From NCBI GenBank assembly GCA_026770705.1, contig JANJGN010000052.1:1364001-1428000 (forward strand): a stretch of DNA of 64,000 nt. Reading direction: 5' to 3'. Source of the stretch: Isurus oxyrinchus. Taxonomy: Eukaryota. The position numbers and the translations under genes are program-made. A model generated the notes under the pieces. The model was not told the DNA's origin. It saw only the letters and a program-made list of their open reading frames with translations, and did no database searches. Shown here piece by piece: positions 1 through 13,800 of the stretch. Each line of letters starts with the position of its first letter. Within the stretch, counting starts at the first letter, position 1.

Positions 1-196
1 TCTGGTCTCCTCCAATTCTGCTGTCAGACAGGGAGTCAGTGTATATCAGTGAGCACAGGGGTGATGGATGAATGGGACATAGTGTGAGTTTGTACACTGG
101 CTCACTGCTAAATCAGTTCCCAATTAGAGGTCAATAAGAATGTTCTTTTACAAAGACTATTAACCATAAATCTGTCCGAGCTGATGATGATCTTAC

Positions 197-236
197 CTTG
201 GAGAAGTGACAGGAGGAAGTAAGATTTCCCGATCAT
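197..236 (-). CDS. Gene E leader exon (MIGKSYFLLSLLQ); Siglec-like gene continuing off the left edge
   Basis: 40-nt phase-1 exon, ATG at 236, GT donor at 196-195; same as the other four leader exons; mirror position of the gene D leader. Confidence 0.8.
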
Positions 237-668
237 TGTCTGCTCCCAGATATTTCCTCAGCATCTAACTCTGAAGTTCTGAAAGAGAAAGGAGTTAATG
301 AGACTTCACCTCTTGTCCGAATGCTCTCGAGAGATCAGAACTGCTTTTAGACAATATCTTCACAGACTAATTTGATTCTCTGTGGGATGATAGGTGTTCT
401 GCAGAGAGTTACAAGGCTTTCAGAAAGAAAAACAATGAAGGACTTGCATTTCTATAGCACCTTTCACCACCTCAGGATGCCCCAAGCTCATGTCCCTTGA
501 GCTAGAAAGATGTTCTGTACAACAGACTTGAGTCTCACACCCAGATCTCAATAATCAGTAGAAATCTTTCAAAGGCATCGATCATTGGAATCTGTCTTTA
601 TAAAGTCACAACATCAACAAAGGACGGTGTTGGTCGTGGAAGTGAATTCCAATCATTCTGTTACTTAC

Positions 669-810
669 CCAGGACCTGTCCGACTGCTTGCCTGGGGAGG
701 AACTGCCCACACGCTCTGCTTGGGCTGAATGACCTCTTCCTGTGCTGCTCCCTCTGTGTATTTAATTAGAAAGAGCTGATGTGTCTCAGTGAGTCAAAAT
801 GAGGAAGCTG
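669..810 (-). promoter_or_regulatory. Gene E promoter / non-coding exon 1 module
   Basis: Conserved ~140-bp module ending in CTGG|GTAAGT (exon end 669); ETS/PU.1-like AAAATGAGGAAG ~796-807 next to AP-1-like TGAGTCA 790-796. Confidence 0.55.
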
Positions 811-959
811 GAACAAAGTGGGAGAACAGCACTTTGCTGTGCACTGTCAGTAAACCCTGTGTCTGTATAAGAATATAAGAACAGAACAAGTAGGATCAGC
901 TGGACACCCTGACATTTTCATTCTTTATATTCCATCCACTCATTATTTTATCCACTCAC

Positions 960-2780
960 GGAAACTATTTATCTCCCTCTGCAGCCTCTTTGTGTCCTCC
1001 TCAGAACTAGCTTTCCTGCCCAGCTTATATATTTCCTACCTATCTTCACCACACAGTCAGAAAATCTGCCTACAGTACAGTCAGTCCCTTCATCCAAGTC
1101 ACTAATGTAGATAGTGAATAGTTGAGGCCTCAGCACTGATCCCTGTGGCTCTCCACTAGTTACAGTTTACCAAGCTGAAAATCACCCATTTATCCTGGCT
1201 CTCTGTTTCCTGTCAGTTAGCCAGTCCTCTATCCATATTAATATATCACCCCCAACACCATCCAATTTCACCCTGTGCAGTATCCTTTGATGTGGCACCT
1301 TATCGAAAGCCTTTTGGAAATGCAATGTCATGAAGAGATATTTGTGTGTAACGTGTGCTTGGAAATAATATTTTCAAATAGAATTCTAGTGGTGGTCCAT
1401 GTATAGGGGTGTGTCTGTGTGTGTCTTAATTGGATTAAAGCCAGCTGGTCTGTGTGCTTTGATGTTTAGTAGTTTTGAGATGTTAATTGGGTGAATTGTG
1501 AGGAGAACAGTAAAGTGTTCATTTGCAATTGTTGAATAAACCATTCCAGACTGGGGGTAAAGTCTTGCACCTAGTTAGAAGGAGCCAAAAGATGTGTTTT
1601 TTCTTGAACTTACTAATGAAATTGGTGCTATGAAAGGGGGTTTTATTGTTCGAAGAGCTGGAGTTCAGAAGACCGAGTGATACAATGGAAAATTTACATT
1701 CAAAGGGAAAGCTAGCTATATAAAGGAAGGAGTTTGTGTGTGTGAGGCAGGAGCATTTCAGACCGAACCAGCCTGTAGCCTCCAACCAACTTGCAAAGGA
1801 ACCTCATTCGGAACTCGTAATGTCAAATGTGCTTTGCCTGGTGTCTATATTATGTCAATGGTTCATTGTTGCCTTAGTAGAGATTTACGTGGGGTTGATT
1901 AATTTGGTGATTTGTTAAAAAGTTATTATAATAGTTATTTGTAGCCAATGTGTATGTGTTAATTTTGTTGTTAAATTAATAAATGGTTTATTTAGTTTTA
2001 TATAAAAAAACCCACAAGCCTCCGTGGTCTTATTCCTACTGAATTCAACGACTTCATCTCGAAATTACAAATAGCAAAATTAGGTTATGACAGTTGTTTC
2101 AATTTTCCCTCTGGGATTTGAACAACTCAGCCTTTACCCTTGGCTGTGTCATAGTCCCTAATACACCACATCTACAGGTTCCCCTTTATCCAATCCACTT
2201 GTTACATCCTCGAGGAAATCTAATTATTTTTTCAAACATGATATCCCTTTCACAAACCCATGTTGACTCTGTCTGATTGAATTATGGATTTCTAAATGTC
2301 CTGCTGCTCCCTCCTTCATAATGAATTCTGGTATTTTCCCAATGACAAATGTTAGACTAACTGACCTGCAGTTTCTTGCTTTCTACCTCCCCACTTTATT
2401 GAACAGAAGTGTTTCATTTATGTTTTTCCAATCCACTGGGACCTTCCCATAATCTAAGGAATTCCGGAAGATTACAACCAATGCATCCACCGTCTCTGCA
2501 GCCATTTCCTTTCAGACCCTCACATTCAGGCCGTCTGCTCCATGGGACTTGTCAGCATTTGTCTCATTAGTTTTCTTAATACTTTTTCTCTGGTGATAGT
2601 GATTGTTTTATGTTCCTCCCTCCTTGTTGCACCGTGACTTTCTCCTGCTATTGGGATGGTTTTAGAGATTTTTACTGTGAAGACAGACCCAAAATTCTTG
2701 TTGAAAGTCTCTGTCATTTCCTTGTTTCCCATTATTAATTCCCCAGTCTGATTTTCTATGTGTCCCATTATTACTGTAGC
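960..2780 (-). mobile_element. Decayed CR1-type LINE fragment, interrupted by a ~830-bp solo-LTR-like insert (~1326-2152)
   Basis: CR1 ORF2-like text (GELIMGNKEMTETFNKNFGSVFT) and RT-region nucleotide patterns; insert starts TGTCATG and splits the CR1 sequence; mirrored at ~56590-58400. Confidence 0.6.
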
Positions 2781-4608
2781 TTCTCTCTTATTTTAATGTA
2801 CAACATCTCACTGTCATTGTTTATGGTTCTTGCTAGTTTACTCTCATATCATCATTTCTGCCTCTTTATTATTCTGCTGGGATCCTTCAGGTCAGATTTT
2901 TGCCCTCGGCAGGGGTGCACAGGGCTGGGGGCGGTGAGGAATCCGACTATCGCCCGCGATCAGCTCCGCGCTGCGATTTTACGCGGCCGGGCTAATTAAG
3001 GCCTGCCAGCATAAGATGTGGCTGCAGAATGAGTGCAAAGGGGCGGGCAGAGGTGGGTGCTTAGTGACTGCTTGGACCAATGGTGACCCAGGGGCCGATT
3101 GAAATCTGGCCACGGCAACCTTCAAAAGGCTTCCGGTGAAGGACGTTGAAATCATGGTGGACAGCGTTGCGGGTGGAGGGGCATTCGGCCCTGCGTTTCC
3201 CTGATGAGTGATGCTGCCCTCCTGGAGGGTGTGGATATTGACCCCACTGCTCCCCCTCCCCCACTCCGCCATTCTATCCTGGGAGACCTGCCAGGTTCCA
3301 TGTTCCAGCTGCGATGGGCAGCCCTTCCACACTTTCCTGTGGGCCCCGCCCTTCATGTCCAAAAGCGCTAAGTTAGAGCAGGGATGGAGAAATGAACAGG
3401 GGGCATGGGATAAGTGTGGGGGTCTCACAGCCAGAACAGATGCTGCCTCGGGAGTGGGGGGGGGAAGGTTTCACCAGCTATCTGTCTTAACAACATCGTA
3501 ACCACAGTGTGAAGATTGTCCCCATTCCCTGTATCTTAATAATATTGTAAAGACAACTCGGAGATGTCCTGCAATCGCTGAGAAAGTATCTGGTGTGCTT
3601 ACAGCACCACCACTGGCAAGAGAGTGTAAGTACAGTGTGACATGTTTACATGGGAAATTCTCATGATAAATGTGGACACATGAATTTACATAATTTGGTG
3701 GGGAAATGCAATGACATGAATTAACAGATTGGAGCAGGGGGGTTGTCCCAGAGTAAGCTGTTTAATAAAAATATATCTGTACAGTGTTGTCTGGGCATTT
3801 CAATCCCTTGTGACAATAAATGTAATATTATAGAAAATGCAAAAGCTTCTTTTAATCTATCACAGAATAAACAAGTTGCAGAATTCAGAAAGCACATTCT
3901 GAAATGTTAACAAAGTTCAGTGACGTCACATTTCTGCTAATTACTACTCTGCCATGTTAGCTGCACGCAGTCAGGCAGTCCCTCGGTTGTGATGTGTCCA
4001 CACAGCAGGACTGGGATGCATCAGCATCAAAGGACATGCTTAGTTGTTGCCGTGCAATGCATTTATTGCGAGCCTGTTGCACACACGCCCTGTCGAAGGA
4101 TTCTCCGTGTTTCCATTCTGAATCGAGGCAGATCAACGTTACTACAACAACTTGCATTTATATATCACACTTAAAGTAGCACACTGTCCCAAAGCTCTTC
4201 AGGGGATTGTTAACCACATATAAATCCATCTCTGAGACAAATAATGAGATATAAGGGACAGGTGACAAAAAGCTGAGTTAACAAAACCAGTTAATAAGGA
4301 CCATGTTAAAGGAGGAGAGAGATAGACAGAGATGCAGAGGGAGAGAGACAGAGAGAGACAGACAGAGAAGGAGAGAGAGATAGAGAGACAGACTGGGAGA
4401 GAGAGAGACACTGAATCTCTGTCCCCAATGACTCAGCATCAAGTCGTCTCTGGGGAAACATTTCATTCCAAACCTCACCAACCACAGACCCATTCAGTCC
4501 CTTCCTCCCTCTCTCCCCCTCTCCCCCAGTGGGTTGTCTCATGTTCCAAGTAATCACAATCCCTGCCTCCACCCACAAACCTCCTCACCCCCTCTCTCCG
4601 TTTCACAC

Positions 4609-4857
4609 TCAGTTTCGCTTGAATCTGATCTGTGCGTATTCCGTCTCCTCTTCCTTGTGGACAGTCCCATCACCACTGCGCACCCTGAAGACTTGGGGAT
4701 TGGCGTAGAGAAGGTCGTTGGGATTGTCAGGGTTCCCATGTCCAGCATTGCCTCCCACTGGACCTTCAGAGAGACCCCGGGGAGCTGGGGTCTCCCCCTC
4801 GCTAGTTGTGTCTCTGGTTGTGTTCCGGGGCTCAGTAATCAGCACGTTCTGTTTACC
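4609..4857 (-). CDS. Gene A terminal cytoplasmic exon (LLYANP and TEYAQI motifs)
   Basis: AG acceptor 4859-4858, phase 0, GKQNVLITEP...TEYAQIRFKRN*. Confidence 0.85.
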   Translation of the reverse strand, partial: GKQNVLITEPRNTTRDTTSEGETPAPRGLSEGPVGGNAGHGNPDNPNDLLYANPQVFRVRSGDGTVHKEEETEYAQIRFKRN

Positions 4858-7800
4858 CTACAGAGAAATGGAAACAGAAGACATCCTCACATCATTTACT
4901 GGCACTGATAGGGTTAAATTATTGTGCAGCCTCATTAGTGTCAGTCGTGTCTCAGTTGGTTTTACTCTCTCTCTCATATCATAAAAAAGAAACCACCTAT
5001 GACAGGGCAGCTCTCCCTCAGTACTGACCCCCGACAGCGCAGCACTCCCTCAGGACTGACCCTCTGTCAGTCTCGCACTCCCTCGGTAATGTCTTTGGCG
5101 AGTGCCGGCTTGGATTCTGCACTCAGGTACCTGACGTGAGGCTCATTAACAAGAACCTTGTAATCAGAGAGAGGATGAGAGGGAAGAGAAAGAGAGAAAG
5201 GGATAGAGATAGGGTGTTACTAATCTATTAATGTATGTAATGTAATTGGAAATTGTCTTTTTAAACAGAGGTTTAGTCTGTGGGTGTGTCTGTGAGTGTT
5301 TTAATTGGATTAAAGCCAGCCAGTCCGGGTACTTTGATGTCAAGTAGTTTTGAGATGTAAACAAAGAGGTAAAGGGGTAATTTCCATTTTTAAACAGAGC
5401 ATTCAATGTCTGGGAGTGAAATCTTAAACAAATCAATGTTTATATTACTAATAAAATTGATACGATGAAGGATGGAGTTCAATGGTCCTGATGATACAAT
5501 GAGAATTTACATTCAAATAGAAGTGCTGGGTATAACTTGAGCAGTTTTGTGTGTGCAGAGCAGAGGCTTGTAACATCAAAGCAGCTGTAAGCCTACACCT
5601 GTCTGCAAAGGAACCAAAGTGAAAGGAACCTCATTTGGAATTTGTGAGGTGAAAATGCTTTCCTGGAATCTGCTTAAAGTCTATGTGTTGTCTTAGAGGA
5701 GATTAGTTTGAGAATTTGTTAAAAAGTTATGATAGTACTAGTTTGTAGCAATGTGCATATGATTAACTTGTGTTAATTAATAAAAGTCTCATGTAGTTTG
5801 ATATAAAACCATCTCGAGAACTGGTGTTCTTATTCCTGAATTTAGAGCTGCATCTCAAACATTCCACTGGGAAATATAGGTTATGACAGTTGTTTAAAGT
5901 TTCCCTCTGGGATTTTAAACAACAGCCTTTACCAGTTTTTGTGTCATAACAGAGAGACCGCATGATACTGAACCATTGCTGACTCCACAGGTACAAATCA
6001 GTGGGTAACTGGGCTGGGAATCTGGGACATGTGTTGTCTACACACTGAGATTGAAGCTTTGGAGTGAGTGTAAACAGTTCCTGTACCTGGTGCTTCACAG
6101 AGAGTGGACTGGGAGTCAATGCAATGTCACTGGTCCCTGAAACTCTCTCCTCCATCGCTGTCTTTCTCCTGTAATAACACAATATCACACTGTGGTTATC
6201 ATATAGCAGAGAATCAGTGCAGCACAGACACAGAGCCCACTGTAACCTTACACCAACTGGGACTGTCTCTTTAAATCACTTCTGCACAAAGCACAGAATC
6301 AAGAAACTTGACACCATCTATGACAAAGCAGCCCGATTGATCTACACCCCATCCACCACATTAAACATTCACTCCCTTCACCACAAACACACAGTGGCAG
6401 CAGTGTGTGTACCATCTACAAGATGCACTGCAGCAAATCAGCAAGGCTCCTTCGACAGCTCCTTCCAAACCCACGACCTCTACCATCTAGAAGGACAAGG
6501 GCAGCAGACACATGGGAACACCACCACCTGGAAGTTCCCCTCCAAGTCACTCACCATCCTGACTTGGAAATATATCATCGTTCCTTCACTGTCACTGGGT
6601 TAACATCCTGGAACTCCCTCTCTAACAGCACTGTGGGTGTACCTACACCACATGGACTGCAGCGGGTCAAGAAGGCAGCTCACCACCACCTTCTCAAGGG
6701 GCAATTAGAGATGGGCAATTTAATAACGGCCTCACCATTGACAGTCACATTCGATTAAAGAATTTAAAATCTCACAGCTCAGGAGGAAGCCACTCAGCCC
6801 ATCGTGCCTGTGCTGGCCCTTTGTAAAAACTGTCCAATTAGTCCGAAACAAATGTTTATATTAAAATCAAGTTAAATCTTCAGACTTACTTTCTCACACA
6901 GATGAAGATGAAGATTCCAGCCAGGAAAACACTCAACATGATCCCAGCCGTGAACAATCCTACTGTCCATTTACTGGAGTCTCTACCTGTAAAAACAGCC
7001 ATTAATTACTGCACTACAGGTTTACAATGATGCTCCGATGTATCTCGAGAAGCGATACACTCACTCAGTGTTTAAATACTCATTCTCGGGCAATGCTGAC
7101 ATTTATTGTCCATCCCTAGTTTCCCCTTGAGAAGGTGGTGGGGGGTCTTCCTCCTGAACCACTGGTTTGTCCCAAACTGGGAGACCAGTTCAGAGGGCAG
7201 GTAAGAGTTAACCATGTTGGTGTTTGAGACTGGAGTCACATATACACCCAGACCTGTTAAAATGGACAGGTTTCCCTCCCTTAAGATAATTAGTGACCCA
7301 TATTATATATGTAATTTCTATATATATGTATCAACTAACCTCCCTAAAATAATCAATTATCACCTCAATTTCATGCTGTTGTTTGTGGGATCTTGCTGTG
7401 CACAAATCAGCTGTTGCGTTTCCTACATGATGACAGTGAGCTCACATTGAAACTGCTTCACTGGTTATCGAGAGTTTTGGGAATTCCTAAGTATTTTATC
7501 CATGCAAGTCTTATTTTTCGATTTAATCCATGTAACATTTATATATAATATTTATCAATGTGATCCCTATAGCATAAATTTATAATATTTATCAATATAA
7601 TCTATGTAACATTTATATATAATTTTTATCCATTTAATCTCTGTAATATTTATATATAATGTTTCTCGATTTAATCCATGTAACATTTATATATAATATT
7701 GCCCAATGTAATATATGTAACATTTATATATATTTATCCATTTAAACTGTGAAACATTTATATATAATTTTTATCAATGTAATCTATGTAACATTTATAT

Positions 7801-10800
7801 ATAATATTTCTCGATGTAATCTATGTAATATTTATATATAATATTTAGTCGTTTGGGAGGAGAACCTGAGTATTGCTGAGAAAGGACATTTTGTCAAAGC
7901 TTTCTGTCTTGCACCCAATGAAGCAGCTTATCTGGGGGAGAGGGTTCCAGATTTCCACTCCCCTTTGTGTGAAGAAGTGCTTCCTGACATCACCCCCTGA
8001 ATGGCCTGGCTCCAATTTGACCAAGTGTTGCCATTGTCACATGAGATCAGGTGATTCAAAGCTTGGTCAAAGGGGTAAGTTCTAAAGAGCATTTTAGAGG
8101 AGGTAGAGAGAGAGGTGGAGAGGTTGAGGGAGGGAATTCTCGAGTTTAGGGATCAATCCAGCTGAGTGGAGATCGATCCTGAGCGAGTCTCTCACCTTTG
8201 ACCCACAGATACACCTTGAACATGGCTTCCCCGTGTGGGTTTTGAACCGAGCAGGATGCAATCACTCCCCCCTCATCCTGGGGTCTCATCAGGGTGAGGG
8301 AACCAGTCACCAGATGCCCATCTCTGACCTGCCACGACACAAAACCTCCGTGTGTTTGGTTACCACTGATGTTGGCACTGGGCAGGTGCCAGGTGAGGTC
8401 TCCGGGTGGGTTGGAGGTGGCCACACAGATGCAGGTGACCCCCTCTGATCTCCGAGTGCACTCCGACTGCTGGGAAATCTCCGGCTTATCTGAGGAGGGA
8501 AGGACAACAATAAGACAACGTCATAGCAAAGTTAGAGCGTAAGATAGAATGTTAACACTGAAACACTCATTCCTGCCTTTGTTACCTCTGCACTCAACTA
8601 TCCCAACACTCTCCTGCCCGACCTCCCATCTTCCACTCTCCGTAAACATCAGCTCATCCCAAACTCTGCTGTCCCCATGTCCTAACTCACACCGAGTCCC
8701 GTTCACACATCACTCCCTGTTGGTCACTGAGGTACACTGGCTCCCGGTCCGACAATGCCACAATTTTAAAATTCACATCGTCTCAAATCCCTCCTTACCC
8801 CCTCCCTATCTCTGATACCTCCTTCAGACCCTTCAACCCTCCCTATCTCTGTAACCTCCTCCAGCCCCTTCAACCCTCCCTATCTCTGTAACCTCCTCCA
8901 GCCCCTACAACCCTCCCTATCTCAGTAACCTCCTCCAGCCCCTTCAACCCTCCCTATCTCTGTAAACTCCTCCAGAACCTTCAACCCTCCCTATCTCTGT
9001 AACCTCCTCCAGCCCCTTCAACCCTCCCTATCTCTGTAACCTCATCCAGCCCTTACAACCCTCCCTATCTCTGTAACCTCCTCCAGCCCCTACAACCTTC
9101 CTTATCTCTGTAACCTCATCCAGCCCCTACAACCTTCCTTATCTCTGTAAACTCCTCCAGCCTCTACAACCCTCCGAGATCTCTGTGCACCTCCAATTCC
9201 AGCTTCTTGACATTCCCCCGATTCCTATCGCTCCACCATTGGCAGCCGTGCCTTCAGCTGCCTGGATCCTAACCTCTGGAATTCCCTCCCTCATTTCTCA
9301 CCTCCTTCGGACAAAATCTGACCACCACCAAAAGCATCTTCCCTTCACCCCCACCCCGTTGGCATTCCACAGGGATCATTCCCTCCAGGACACCCTGGTC
9401 CACTCCTCCATCACCCCTAGCACCTCAACCCTCTCCGATGACATCTTCCCATGTATTTACAGAAGGTGCAACACCTGCCCCTTTACTTCCTCCCCCCTCA
9501 CTGTCCAATGACCCAAACACTCCTACCAGGTGAAGCAGCGCTTCATGCAGACTTCCTTCAATTTAATCTACTGCCTTCACTGCTCCCAATGTGGTCTCCT
9601 CTACATGGGACAGACCAAACACAGACTGGGTGATCGCTCTGATGAACACCTTCGGTCTGTCCACAAGCATGACCCAGACCTCCCTGTCGCTTGCCATTTT
9701 AACACCCCACCCTGCTCTCATGCCCACATGTCCGTCCTTGGCCTGCTGCATTGTTCCAGTGAAGCCCAACACAAACTGGAGGAACAGCACCTCATCTTCC
9801 GACCTGGCACTTTACAGCCTTCCGGACTGAATATTGAGATCAACAATTTCTGGTCATGAACTCTCTCCTCGATCTTCACTGCTTTTTGAACCCTTTTTTT
9901 ATGTATTCATTTTAATTGTTTTATTTGTTAACTGTTTTCCACTTATTTTTATTATTATTATTTGAAATTCATTTCCATTTTTATTGATTGTTTTATCCGC
10001 AGATTTTAGTCTATTTTCGATCTTTATTCCCTCCACCGTCCCCTCCCCCTGCCACACCCTCACGAAGGCCATCTGTCTCTTTCCAGAGTGCTTACCCTGG
10101 TCCGCCCATTATCACACTCTGCTTAATGTCACCATTAGCACCTCCTTTATCCAATACCACCACTGTTAACAACCCTTTGACCTTTTGTTTATGACATCTT
10201 CCACAATCTCTCCATTGCCTCCACCTATCGCTGGTTTTCTATCCAGCTCCACCTGTCCCATCGCCCCCCCTTAGACAGGATATATTTCACCACATGTCTA
10301 CTTCCCTTTAGCTCTGAAGAGGAGTCATACAGACTCCAAACGCTAACCCTGTCTTTCTCTCCACAGATGCTGCCAGATGCTCAGAATCAGCTGGATGGAC
10401 AGAAAGACCAATGAGTGGCTTAGATCAAGAGGAGACGTTCAGCAATTAAAAGGGTTGTTCAGGACAGTTAGAGAGAGAAAGTTTGTCAAGTACGGAGATT
10501 GGAAACGAAGACCTGACAGCCTTGTCCTGACAACCATTGAAGGAGAAACTGAGAGCAAAAACAGAAAGGGAGAGGAAAAATTGGATGTGTGGATAACGTG
10601 GACTGAGCGAGGATTGAAGAAAACTGGATTAAAAACAACACGATCCCAATGGCTCCACGGAGACAACAAACAAACAAATGTATCTCCACACTCACATTCC
10701 ACAGTGATGGTTATGAACCCCTCCACTGCTCCATGTTCATTCTCTGCCACACACTGATAGTCACAACCTGGGCCCCCTCTGACCTATCAGGTTGGGATAA

Positions 10801-13800
10801 ACAATCCCAAGGGTCAATACAAGGAAGAGCTCTCCCTGGTCAATATCACTCATTAGAAAAGGACCAGTTTTGTCTTCAAGTGATGTTTGTGGGATCTTGC
10901 TCTGCACATTATATCCTAATACCGCTAATATAGAATAAAGGATGTCCATACTTACATTGTACAGTCAGTACGAGGGTCCGCTCCGATGAAACAGATGGAT
11001 ATCTCACTCTGCAGCTGAGAGTGTGTCCGTGGTGTTTGAGTGATGGGATCAGGGTCAGAACAGAAGTATAGGTCAGAGTGACACCATGCTGAGTTACAGT
11101 GTTTGAGACTGATCCAGGTACGTCAGTGGGAGTGTCCCAGGTTAAGACAGGTGCTGCTGTTCCATTGCACGTTGTGTTGAAGGTGCAGCTTACATCCACA
11201 CGCTTTCCTGCAATAATTTCAGCAGGGAATATCGTGGGTTTATCTGTGAAATCTAACAGACAGAGAATGGATCCTTTTAGAGAAATATAACATGAAGCGT
11301 CAGCTCAAATAGAAACCACAGACCCACAAGAGAAAGCACTTTTACAAGGATGATATCAGAACTGAGATGTTTCAACGATACTGATAGACTGTTAGACACA
11401 ATTAGAGTGATCAATGGGAGTGGAATACATTTAATCATTGATATTAAAGTGAGTATTAGAGTTTGCTTTAGGACTGAACTGGAAGCTATCACCAGGTTAT
11501 TGAGAATCAGACAGTGTGTTATAATAAGCTGTGTTTTGTGTTAATATGTAAACGTCACAGTTTGTGTTATTTCCCATTGACTGTTGAATGTGAATTGTTG
11601 AGTAATTATAACACAGCACTTACCAGAAATGTGAAGCTGGGTTTCAGGGTAATAGTTATGGCTCGGACCATTGTCAAATTCTATTCTGAATAAATAAGGT
11701 CCTTCATCTTCCCGTCTGATGCTGTTTATAATCAGGGAACAGTCGCCATCTTTCAAGTCTCCAGACAGCCGGGTCCGATGGTGGAACCGTGGTAACTCGT
11801 GACTGTGATCCTTGGAGTGAAAGGCAATGGGAGCCCAGGGAATCTGATTCTCATTATTAAACCAGACTCCACCTTGCGCTTGGTTTTCCAGACACGATTG
11901 ATAACTGTAATGACATGGAATCTGTACACACGAACCTTCCTGCGCTGTCACCTCTCGTGGAGTGTCAACTTTCCACTCTTGTGAGGGTTCAGCTGGGGAG
12001 AGAAATCTCAATATTTAACTCTGGATGGTTTGTGGATCCACTGAACCCGATATTTACAGATGAGGCTGAATTGGGGGGATGGTCAATACTGAGGAGGACT
12101 GCAACAAATTACAGGAAGATATGCATTCTGATGAAGAGTCATACAGACTCGAAACGTTAACTCTGTCTTCGTCTCCGCAGATGCTGTCAGACCTGCTGAG
12201 ATTTTCCTGCAATTTTTGTTTTTGTTACAGATTTCCAGCATCTGGAGAATTTTGCCTTTATATTACAGGAAGGTATTAATTAACTTTCAGAATGGGCAGG
12301 TCATTGACAAATGAATTTCTACGTTAAATGGGAGGCATTACATTTTGTTCAGGAAAATGAGAAGCTTGTTTATTACCTCGAAAATAAGAATCTAATTGGG
12401 GTAGAGGAACAACGTGATCTGGGGCAGAAATACAGGAATCAGTAAACGTGGGGACACAGGTTAACAAGGGGATTAAACATACAAACTAAACACTCGAGAT
12501 TATTTCTCCAGGGATTGAATTGAAAAGTAGAGAAGTGATGTGAAACTTGTCCTGAACCTTGGTCTGACTGCACCTGGAGTCACGTGTGCAGTTCTGGTCC
12601 CCATATTATATAAAGAATATAGAGACACTGGAGAGGGTGGTAAAAAGCTTCACAAGGATGATCTCCGCAATGTGAGGCTTCACCTATCAGGAGAGGATGT
12701 AGAGGATGGGTCTCTGTTCTCTTGAACAGAGAAGGTTGAAGGGGTGACCTCATTTGACCTTTGAAGTAATGAAAGGTTTTGATCGAGTAGACATGGAGAG
12801 AGTGTTTCCACTCGTCACAATGAACAAAACCTGAGTCTGACAATATAACATCCTCACTAATAAATCCAATGGGGAATTCAGGAGAAACTTCTTTACCCAG
12901 AGAGTGGGGAGAATGTGTACTTTAAGAATTACTTCATTGGTTGTGAATTGATTTAGGATCGTCCTGAGGTGGTGAAAGGCGCTATGGAAATGCGAGACTT
13001 GCTTTTGTGTTTTGAAAGCAGGTATCCAAGAATGAGATGGGAACTGAGAGGTAACAACAATCAGCAGCAATTTTCCTATTTTCAAACTTGGTGGGGAATG
13101 TGTCACTGAGCTGAATACACTTTCACTCCCAGACCCTTGAATTGCCAACACTGGGGTGTGGGTGATGGAGCAGCCCACAGCTCATGGAACCCTGGCTCAT
13201 CATTCTCTCAGAGATCTGGGTCACTGATCCCATTGCTCTCTGTGGGATCTTCCTGTGCACAAACTCACTGCCACGTTAGACAGTGATATTGATGTACACT
13301 GTCAACACATTTAATCATTCATGTTAAAGTGAGTATTAGAGGTTGCTTTAGGACTGAACTGGAAGCTATCACCAGGTTATTGAGAATCAGACAGTGTGTT
13401 ATAATAAGCTGTGTTTTGTGTTAATATGTAAACGTCACAGTTTGTGTTATTTCCCATTGAGTGTTGAATGTGAATTGTTGAGTAATTATAACACAGCACT
13501 TACCAGAAACGTGAAGCTGGGTTACAGGGTAATAGTTATAGCTTGGACCATTGTCAAATTCTATTCTGAAAAAATAAGGTCCTGCATCTTCCCGTCTGAT
13601 GTTGTTTATAATCAGGGAACAGTTGCCATCTTTCAGGTCTCCAGACAGCCGAGTCCGATTGTGGAACCGTGATAACTCGTGACTGTGGTTCTTGGAGTGA
13701 AAGGCAATGGGAGCCCAGGGAATCTGTTTCTCATTATTAAACCAGACTCCACCTCGCGGTTGGTTTTCCAGACACGATGGATAACTGTAATGACATGGAA

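Noticed and set aside
2880-3480. GC-rich ORFs 2979-3428 and mirror 55936-56385
   Set aside because: No recognisable domain; probably a transposon-derived fragment. Its apparent conservation reflects only the recent inverted duplication.
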